Positions 57,429-64,000 of a stretch of 64,000 bases of DNA are shown here, piece by piece. The stretch comes from Candidatus Paceibacter sp. (GTDB taxonomy: Bacteria > Patescibacteriota > Minisyncoccia > UBA6257 > JAGOQP01). Location: assembly GCA_020724905.1 (NCBI GenBank), contig DYGB01000001.1, positions 65,866-129,865 of the forward strand, read 5' to 3'. Below the pieces are notes generated by a model that saw only the letters and a program-made list of their open reading frames with translations, was not told where the DNA came from and did not search any database. Each line of letters starts with the position of its first letter. Position 1 is the stretch's first letter. The position numbers and the translations under genes were made by a program.

Positions 57429-59144
57429 CTAGGAGAGAACCTTTTTAATAAATGAAACAAATAGTGGATGAGGGGAAAGAGGGCGAGAAGTGAGTTCTGG
57501 ATGAAACTGGGTTGCAACGAAAAATGGGTGCACCTTAGGAGGAAGCTCTATAATCTCAGCCAGTCTCCCTGAAGGAGAAAGCCCTGATATTACAAGTCCC
57601 TTTTGTTCCAAGAGATCAAGATATTCTGGATTAATCTCATATCGATGTCGATGCCTCTCAGAAATCACAAGATCATCTTTCTTGCTGTACTCACGTCTAT
57701 TAACAAAAGGAATATGAAACCTCTCAGCTGACCGATACGCCTGATATGCATGTGTTCCTTTCTTTACTACTGCAGGATATACTCCAAGTCTCATTGTTCC
57801 TCCATAACGTTCTTTTGAAACAACATCTTTCTGTTCAGGAAGTATATCAACAAAAGGATGGCTTGTATTCTCATTAACTTCTGTTGTATGTGCGTCTGAA
57901 AATGAAAGTACGTGTCGAGCAAACTCTACCACAGCAAGCTGCATTCCATAACAAAGCCCCAAAAATGGTATCTTCTTCTTTCGAACATACTCAATAGCGG
58001 CAATCTTTCCCTCAATAGAACGAGTACCAAATCCTCCTGGAACAATAATTCCATCATATCCAGAAAGAACAGAGAGATTTTTTCGTGCTTTCTCTTTTCC
58101 TACCTCAGTAGGATCAAAATCAGCAGCATTTAACCACTCTAACTTCACACGAGCCCCAAGATGAAATCCTGCATGTTTTAGTGCCTCAATAACAGATACA
58201 TATGAATCAGCAAGAACAAATGATCCTGAAGAAAAGTATTTTCCTACCACACCAACACGAACTTCTTTTTGAGCTTTTTGAGATTTCTTTACAAATTTCT
58301 CCCATACAGAAAAGGTGTCTTTTTTAACACGTAATCCAAGTTTTTTAAGAAGGAGTGAGTCCAGCCCAGCTTTTTTAAAGTTAATAGGGATTTCATAGAT
58401 ATTTGAAACATCGGGAGCAGCAATAATGCTCTCCTTTTCCATATTACAGTTAAATGCAATCTTTTCTTGTCTTTTTTTATCAAGAGAAAGTGCGCTTCGA
58501 GCAAGAATAATATCAGGCTGTAGTCCTCCTGAGTTTAGTGTACGAACGGCGTACTGTGTTGGTTTTGTTTTTAGCTCATTATCTTTATTAAGCAAAGGAA
58601 GATAACTTACCAACACGAGTGCAACATCTCCTCGTTTCTTTTGACGAAGCATGCGAGCAGCTTCTGAGAAAATAAATCCTTGATATTCTCCCACTGTCCC
58701 ACCAATTTCAATAACACCAATATCAGCATCTTCTACATCAAGCGCATGATTAATCTTTTTGATAATCGCAAGAGGAATGTGAGGAATCACCTCAACACAC
58801 TTCCCTTTGTATTTTAATGACCGCTCTTCTTCAATAACATCACGGTAGATGCTCCCGGTTGTCATGTAATTTTCCCCTGAAAGATCTCTATCTAAAAATC
58901 GTTCGTAGTTTCCCATATCCTGATCACACTCTGTTCCATCAGGAAGCACAAATACCTCTCCATGCTCTGTTGGATTCATGGTCCCAGCATCAACATTTAC
59001 ATAGGGATCAATTTTAAAAGCAGTGACCTTGTGGCCACTGTCCTTTAAAAGACGTGCTATTGATGATGCAGCAACACCCTTCCCGACACCAGACATGACA
59101 CCCCCCATAACAAAGATGTATTTTCGTATTCGTCGGGATTTCAT
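57429..59144 (-). CDS. pyrG: CTP synthase
   Basis: KYIFVMGGVMSGVGKGVAASS N-terminal synthase motif and the C-terminal glutamine amidotransferase motif (GLCYGMQLAVVEF). The start is chosen at MKSRRIRKYIF rather than the longest ORF. Confidence 0.9.
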   Translation of the reverse strand: MKSRRIRKYIFVMGGVMSGVGKGVAASSIARLLKDSGHKVTAFKIDPYVNVDAGTMNPTEHGEVFVLPDGTECDQDMGNYERFLDRDLSGENYMTTGSIYRDVIEEERSLKYKGKCVEVIPHIPLAIIKKINHALDVEDADIGVIEIGGTVGEYQGFIFSEAARMLRQKKRGDVALVLVSYLPLLNKDNELKTKPTQYAVRTLNSGGLQPDIILARSALSLDKKRQEKIAFNCNMEKESIIAAPDVSNIYEIPINFKKAGLDSLLLKKLGLRVKKDTFSVWEKFVKKSQKAQKEVRVGVVGKYFSSGSFVLADSYVSVIEALKHAGFHLGARVKLEWLNAADFDPTEVGKEKARKNLSVLSGYDGIIVPGGFGTRSIEGKIAAIEYVRKKKIPFLGLCYGMQLAVVEFARHVLSFSDAHTTEVNENTSHPFVDILPEQKDVVSKERYGGTMRLGVYPAVVKKGTHAYQAYRSAERFHIPFVNRREYSKKDDLVISERHRHRYEINPEYLDLLEQKGLVISGLSPSGRLAEIIELPPKVHPFFVATQFHPELTSRPLSPHPLFVSFIKKVLS

Positions 59145-59182
59145 TGCTCCCAATGTATCATGAGAAGTCAAAAAACTCAATA

Positions 59183-60463
59183 TTAGAGCTCATCAAGTAA
59201 TGAAGGTTCGTGTTGAGGGATATATGAACTGTCGGTAGGTAAAGAAAGAGTAAATATAGAGCCACGTTTAAGCTCAGAGATAACACTGATATCTCCCCCG
59301 TGACCTCGTACAATATTACGAGCAATATAGAGCCCAAGTCCCGTACCATCAGCAACGGCTCGCATTGCATTCTCTGCTCTGAAAAACTTTCCAAAGAGTT
59401 TATCTATTTGATCTTGAGGAATACCAATTCCAGTATCTTCAATAGATATGGTAACAAATCCTTCTTGACCCTCTCCGATACGAACAGTAATCTCTCCATT
59501 CTCAATATTATACTTAAGTGCATTGTCTAAAAGATTTAAAACAACCATTCGCATCTTTTCTTTATCGATAACAACAGATACGTCTTGCGCAGGACGATCA
59601 AAATACAATTTTATCCCACTCTCTTTTGCAAGTGGATAGACCTCTTTGAGTAGTTCATCAAGGTAGGATACGAGTGGTACTGTCTCAAATGAATATCCAA
59701 ACTTCCCTTCTTCTATCTTAGATACATCAAGTAAGCTATTAACGGTACGTAATGCATTTTCAATAGCTGCTTTTCCTGTATCAACAAGTTCTTTTTGAGA
59801 ATCAGTTAACGTCTCATCATGAAGTCCTTCAAGAGCCCAGTTGGTAGCGGTAAGAGGAGTACGAAGCTGATGAGCAGCAACACCAATAAATTCTGTTTTT
59901 GAACGAAGTAGTTCAGCTTCTCGTGTTTTATTTACAAACAATTTTACAAACGCTACCACCTTCCCCTCACCATCAATGACTCGCTGTGTTGTGACACGAA
60001 TATTAAGAGGAGGATCGGTAAAGATGACATCAGCAACAGAAGGATATTCCCCAGAAGCAGTTCTCCTAATAACTGCAGGAGCAAGGGTAAGGAATACACA
60101 CTGAATAAATCGTTGCATCTTTGTATCAGAAGCCTGTGAGGCATCAAGTTTCTTTGGCATATCAGATGAAGAAAGTCCAAACATATCTTCAAGTTCTTTG
60201 TTTGCCTTAAAGACACGGAATGATGAATCATATACAAGCACCCCCACAGGAGCATGTTCCAAGATAACCCTACTCAATGATTCTCCTATAGAAGACATCT
60301 CTCCAACACGTGAAGCAAACAGAGTTCTTTCAATAATAATACCAAGCGCTATAAGTGCTCCAAGAATAATACTAACAGCATTCCAAGGAGAAGGAATAAA
60401 AAAAGAAGCTCCAATAAGGAGAATTGATAAAATTCCTCCACTGTATGCAAATATGCTATTCAT
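59183..60463 (-). CDS. Sensor histidine kinase (2 TM helices, a PAS-like segment, a DHp H-box, and HATPase_c)
   Basis: H-box AAHQLRTPLTA, N-box LLDNALKYN, and G-boxes DTGIGIP / GTGLGL. No response-regulator gene is adjacent. Confidence 0.85.
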   Translation of the reverse strand: MNSIFAYSGGILSILLIGASFFIPSPWNAVSIILGALIALGIIIERTLFASRVGEMSSIGESLSRVILEHAPVGVLVYDSSFRVFKANKELEDMFGLSSSDMPKKLDASQASDTKMQRFIQCVFLTLAPAVIRRTASGEYPSVADVIFTDPPLNIRVTTQRVIDGEGKVVAFVKLFVNKTREAELLRSKTEFIGVAAHQLRTPLTATNWALEGLHDETLTDSQKELVDTGKAAIENALRTVNSLLDVSKIEEGKFGYSFETVPLVSYLDELLKEVYPLAKESGIKLYFDRPAQDVSVVIDKEKMRMVVLNLLDNALKYNIENGEITVRIGEGQEGFVTISIEDTGIGIPQDQIDKLFGKFFRAENAMRAVADGTGLGLYIARNIVRGHGGDISVISELKRGSIFTLSLPTDSSYIPQHEPSLLDEL

Positions 60464-61637
60464 GAGAAATATCTAGTCTATACAATTTACTATCAAGTCG
60501 ATTAATAAAGTAAAAGAAACCATTTCGTGTAACTGGACTGGTTATATCTAATGAAATATTTTTGCCTCCAAAAATAAGTTCTGAAGAAGAGTCTTGAAGA
60601 TTAAACATATATATTTCATCTTTTGTATATAAATTCCTCTGCATATAACTATCAGGTAATTGTATTCCAGAATCTTTGCTTAGAATATATGGGACTCCGC
60701 AAATCATAGAATTATCTCCATCAAAGACACACTTTGAAGAAATGGTTGAAAGGGATAGTGTTGATGGGCTGGCCGATCCATCAATATCAAATACATCTAT
60801 CCGTATAGTTAATGGATTTAAGCTAGAGAATCTTGCTAGATAGTTCTGATTATCAGTTAATACATCTAACCCCTTTCCAGAAAATAACTTCGTCATTCTA
60901 TGTGTAGAAGTGTTAAAAATCCATGCAGTACCATAGAAGTTGTAAGATGTGGACGGATAGAGTAAAAGAGATGTATTTTTAATCCATACAACATTCATAT
61001 CAGTAAACTTAAATTGAGCCTCTACCTGAACATCATCAATATCATCCACATCAAAAATAGAGACGGTATATATTCCTTCTGACCTATTAGAAAAAACAAT
61101 CGAGCTTTCATCTGGTGAAAAAGATGCTGACGAAAAAGAATATGGAATACTTGTCCAAGCCTCTTTTTCAGAATCAAATAAAAATATTCCGCTATCAAAC
61201 CAGACAAGTGCAAACGAACCAAGTTTACTAACAACAACTTTGTACGGATTTAACCTTGGAAGATTTTCAACCACAACTCCATCTTCCTGAGTATGTTTCA
61301 CTAAACTATTCTGAGAAATAAAGAAAATATTTTCTTCCTCGTTCTCACTGTATATCCAAAAATAATCAGCCTGTTTGTCAGACACAATACTAAGAACTCC
61401 CTGTTCTTGAGTAAAATCATCTTCTGTATCTACGTTAGAAAAGGGAACCGCTTTATATTCAGAATCGATATTGGAACCACCGCCCGAAACATCTCCTATC
61501 GGTGCCGTAGGAAAGCCAGTCTGAGTTGGTTGAGGAGATAAAATGACAGAAACATTCTGAAGGCCGAAATAAACCCCTACAGCAATAGCAAGAAGGATTA
61601 CGATAATGATAAATATTGTGAGAAATTTTTTATTCAT
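60456..61637 (-). CDS. Membrane-anchored extracytoplasmic protein, beta-propeller-like (TolB/PD40-like) fold suspected
   Basis: N-terminal TM helix (LTIFIIIVILLAIAVGVYF) followed by beta-strand-rich W/Y/F-x-S/D repeats. Overlaps the kinase gene by 8 nt. Confidence 0.45.
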   Translation of the reverse strand: MNKKFLTIFIIIVILLAIAVGVYFGLQNVSVILSPQPTQTGFPTAPIGDVSGGGSNIDSEYKAVPFSNVDTEDDFTQEQGVLSIVSDKQADYFWIYSENEEENIFFISQNSLVKHTQEDGVVVENLPRLNPYKVVVSKLGSFALVWFDSGIFLFDSEKEAWTSIPYSFSSASFSPDESSIVFSNRSEGIYTVSIFDVDDIDDVQVEAQFKFTDMNVVWIKNTSLLLYPSTSYNFYGTAWIFNTSTHRMTKLFSGKGLDVLTDNQNYLARFSSLNPLTIRIDVFDIDGSASPSTLSLSTISSKCVFDGDNSMICGVPYILSKDSGIQLPDSYMQRNLYTKDEIYMFNLQDSSSELIFGGKNISLDITSPVTRNGFFYFINRLDSKLYRLDISHE

Positions 61638-61640
61638 ATT

Positions 61641-62717
61641 CTAGAAATGCATATGAATGTGAAATCCACCAATCACCCTTCCATCAGAGGTAAACACATC
61701 GTTGACTGGAAACGCCTTACCTCCCTTATCAAAGAAAACACTTGGATTGCTCCCTCCTTGATTCCTAGCTTCATTGTAAAATGCATCTTTATACCACTGC
61801 CAAATAGCTTTCTTTTCTTCTCTTGTTAAGTTTGACGCGGTAGATACTGGAACAACATCAGCGGCTCTACCTAAATAGTGATACGATGATTCGGCATGAT
61901 TATCTCCTGTAAGACTCGTTATCCTAAAATTAGGAATTTTACTCTTTTCAAGGGAAAAAGAGGATCCTTCAAGATTAATAACAACAACTCCTTCTTCCTG
62001 AGATAGTTGTTTCTGTTTATTTTTTACATTTAGTAATGTGGCTAATATGCCTTCGGTCACATACACGGGTGTTCCTTCACAACTATATGAACCCTCTTCT
62101 GTCCCAGAAACAATATTAAGACCACCAGAAGTACACAAATTTTCGTCAGTCGTACATCCACGAGCGCACACAAAAGGAAGTTCGCCATTTTCCATGTCTC
62201 TAAGATTTGACTGTGGAGTCGCACCAGCGAAACATTGATCAGTTCCAGATAAATCAACTCCTGAGGCACGGAGTGACGTTGCTAACTGGATAGCATTCTC
62301 ATTTTTATTTTCCCATTCACAAGAAATCTCTGAAGAATTTGGTGGAGCTGCTCCCTCAGGTAACTCTTGTTGAGTAAGTGCAGGATTTCTCAACTCGACA
62401 AGATTTGGATTTATTGTATTAAGAATGAGAAACGCCCCAGCGAGAAGAACAAGCCCCCACACAGCACTCTTTATAATGTCCTTGGCGTCTCCTTGGGCTG
62501 ATACATTTCCAGCAGTAACAACATATTTAATACCACCAAAAACAATCATAATAACAGCAAGGGTTCCTGCTATTCCTAAGATGTACAGATAAAAATTGTT
62601 CACAAGGCTTGCAGGATCTCCTGATTGAGTAAACGAAGGAAGCTCTAAACGATACTCATCTGCAAAAGCATTTTTGATAGAGAAAAGTGATGCAACTAAT
62701 AAATAAAAAAGTGACAT
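61641..62717 (-). CDS. Fusion protein: N-terminal TrbC/VirB2-like pilin domain, a Cys-rich linker, and a C-terminal LAS-family (peptidase M15) peptidoglycan peptidase domain
   Basis: Signal peptide (MSLFYLLVASLFSIKNAFA). Two hydrophobic helices separated by a short polar loop (NFYLYILGIAGTLAVIMIVFGGIKYVVTAG-NVSAQGDAKDIIKS-AVWGLVLLAGAFLILNTI), matching the VirB2/TrbC pilin layout. C-terminal motifs SSYHYLGRAADVVP (SxHxxGxAxD) and terminal GGFHIHMHF (HxH) match Peptidase_M15_3. Confidence 0.65.
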   Translation of the reverse strand: MSLFYLLVASLFSIKNAFADEYRLELPSFTQSGDPASLVNNFYLYILGIAGTLAVIMIVFGGIKYVVTAGNVSAQGDAKDIIKSAVWGLVLLAGAFLILNTINPNLVELRNPALTQQELPEGAAPPNSSEISCEWENKNENAIQLATSLRASGVDLSGTDQCFAGATPQSNLRDMENGELPFVCARGCTTDENLCTSGGLNIVSGTEEGSYSCEGTPVYVTEGILATLLNVKNKQKQLSQEEGVVVINLEGSSFSLEKSKIPNFRITSLTGDNHAESSYHYLGRAADVVPVSTASNLTREEKKAIWQWYKDAFYNEARNQGGSNPSVFFDKGGKAFPVNDVFTSDGRVIGGFHIHMHF

Positions 62718-62719
62718 AA

Positions 62720-63421
62720 TTATTTTATTCTAAATTGCTCATAAAACGTAGCAGAGGAAAATAATCCCCCTTCTTGATTTACCGAAATTTCAATAGGGAA
62801 GATACGACCCCTTACCCCTTCTTCTGGAATAGAGACATTAAGGGTATATTTCGAATCAGCCTCCACCGGAACTTCTTTACCATTTACTTTCCATGACACC
62901 CTAAGTGCATTGGGATCAATGTTAAAGAAAAAAGGATACACAGAAAGAAAAAGCTTTTCACTAGGAAGTACATCAGGGACAAATTTATGATAGTCCACTA
63001 CAACACGAGGAGCAACAATAGGAATAGATTCATGGTGATTTATATTATAGGAACGACCCAGTTCAGAGTCATAGTAATCAACAATACTAACTCGTACAGA
63101 AAGAGTTTTGTCAGGATAATCTTTATTCCTAACACGAACACTCTGCAGTCCATTCTCTTTCTTAACAAAGTCATCGTTAATATACCATCGCACCTCTTTA
63201 TTAGAGATATCAATAAGACTTCCTTTTAATGCTCCATTTTGTTCAACAACTTCAAAAGAAATATCTATGTCACTATCATATGATGGAAACGCCTTCCCTT
63301 CATACCATGATGGTGTTATTGTCTGTGCCTGCCAAGAGAAAATGATTTCTGGTTCTTTCGCAAAAACAGAGCCAGAAGACATTAGAAATATAGAACCCAC
63401 CAGTAGTAGAAAAAACTTCAT
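62720..63421 (-). CDS. Hypothetical secreted protein (signal peptide; beta-rich)
   Basis: MKFFLLLVGSIFLMSSGSVFA is a cleavable signal peptide. No recognisable domain. Separated from the neighbouring gene by 3 nt. Confidence 0.45.
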   Translation of the reverse strand: MKFFLLLVGSIFLMSSGSVFAKEPEIIFSWQAQTITPSWYEGKAFPSYDSDIDISFEVVEQNGALKGSLIDISNKEVRWYINDDFVKKENGLQSVRVRNKDYPDKTLSVRVSIVDYYDSELGRSYNINHHESIPIVAPRVVVDYHKFVPDVLPSEKLFLSVYPFFFNIDPNALRVSWKVNGKEVPVEADSKYTLNVSIPEEGVRGRIFPIEISVNQEGGLFSSATFYEQFRIK

Positions 63422-63461
63422 TATATCTAGTATATCATCTCAAAAAAATAAGATAAACTGT

Positions 63462-63863
63462 CTATTTTCCATGAACTCCTCCCCTTGGGGTTATAGCATT
63501 AGCAAGACCCATATATTTTCCCCATTTTTCAGGATTATTAGTAGCTAAGATAGTGAGAATAATAACAATAGTCCTTGTTGGAGAGATATCTAAAAACGGT
63601 ATAAGCTCTATTCCATTTGCTATAGCATTCCTACTCACAACGCGTGGAGTTCCTTTAAGATACAGGTACAAAAGCGTCGGTAGTCCAATAAGAAAATCAA
63701 CCAAAAAACCAACGATTGCACCAACACCCGTTATATCAAGAATTTCGAGAGCATCTCCTATAAGATTGAATGAAATAAGAAAAAAACTCTCAACAAAACC
63801 AAACCTATGGTTATCTTGAATAACGGGAATATTGGATTCTATAGCCTTTTCTTCATTGTCCAT
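63462..63863 (-). CDS. Hypothetical small membrane protein (2-3 TM)
   Basis: 133 aa with hydrophobic segments (FFLISFNLIGDALEILDITGVGAIVGFLVDFLIGLPTLLYLYL). No recognisable domain. Confidence 0.4.
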   Translation of the reverse strand: MDNEEKAIESNIPVIQDNHRFGFVESFFLISFNLIGDALEILDITGVGAIVGFLVDFLIGLPTLLYLYLKGTPRVVSRNAIANGIELIPFLDISPTRTIVIILTILATNNPEKWGKYMGLANAITPRGGVHGK

Positions 63864-63866
63864 AGC

Positions 63867-64000
63867 GTATTATACCTGCTCACCATCCTTACGTAATAAA
63901 TCTCGAGGATTTGTAGTAATAATTTTGTCTTCAAAATAGGAAGCAACAACTTGCATAGCAACATGCTGAAGCCCAGCAAAGAAAAGTCCCTGTCCCACTC
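63867..64000 (-). CDS. C-terminal fragment of a minus-strand gene continuing beyond the window
   Basis: Open frame ending at a TAA at 63864-63866 (...GLFFAGLQHVAMQVVASYFEDKIITTNPRDLLRKDGEQV*). Its identity cannot be determined. Confidence 0.3.

Overview
This is an AT-rich, tightly packed bacterial segment (about 40% GC overall, with a 27-33% GC island). Genes frequently overlap by 4-40 nt, and most show Shine-Dalgarno-like sites. I identified about 60 protein genes and one tRNA-Leu(CAG) from motifs in the supplied translations. Housekeeping genes include mltG, a SEDS FtsW/RodA, tsaD, rny, gpmI, clpP, nusA, secG, rnj, ruvA, rpsT, a holA-like gene, metG, pyrG, trxB with a glutaredoxin and a DsbA-like gene, and a Mur-family ligase. 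The region is also rich in cell-envelope functions: a 1435-aa secreted adhesin-like protein with PKD/Ig repeats and a near-perfect 324-bp internal tandem duplication; a secreted protein ending in a T9SS-type C-terminal sorting domain; a peptidoglycan-binding surface (S-layer-like) protein; and a ~12 kb surface-glycan locus. That locus holds a Wzx-like flippase, a GT4, a GT9 heptosyltransferase-like gene, two GT2 genes, a HAD-membrane fusion, FkbM and Methyltransf_24 methyltransferases, and an O-antigen-ligase-TPR protein. The middle of the locus is a markedly more AT-rich island. The gene content and style fit a small-genome uncultured lineage (Patescibacteria/CPR-like), but I cannot confirm taxonomy from sequence alone. 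Eight items stand out. (1) A translationally coupled HTH-antitoxin/Doc-toxin/CorA operon with GTTAAC palindromic operators. (2) A Clp/Hsp100 ATPase with a transmembrane N-terminus and a degenerate first ATPase domain. (3) A VirB2/TrbC-like pilin domain fused to a LAS (M15) peptidoglycan peptidase, in an operon with an orphan histidine kinase and secreted/membrane proteins. (4) A T9SS sorting tag with no visible T9SS machinery. (5) A sharply GC-rich ~180-bp patch at the 3-prime end of an unknown gene next to a standalone SF2 helicase. (6) RNase J with a ~50-aa basic N-terminal extension placed directly after the tRNA. (7) A HAD-hydrolase fused to a UbiA-like membrane domain. (8) A repeat-bearing HTH protein. 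No CRISPR array, transposase, integrase or rRNA was seen.
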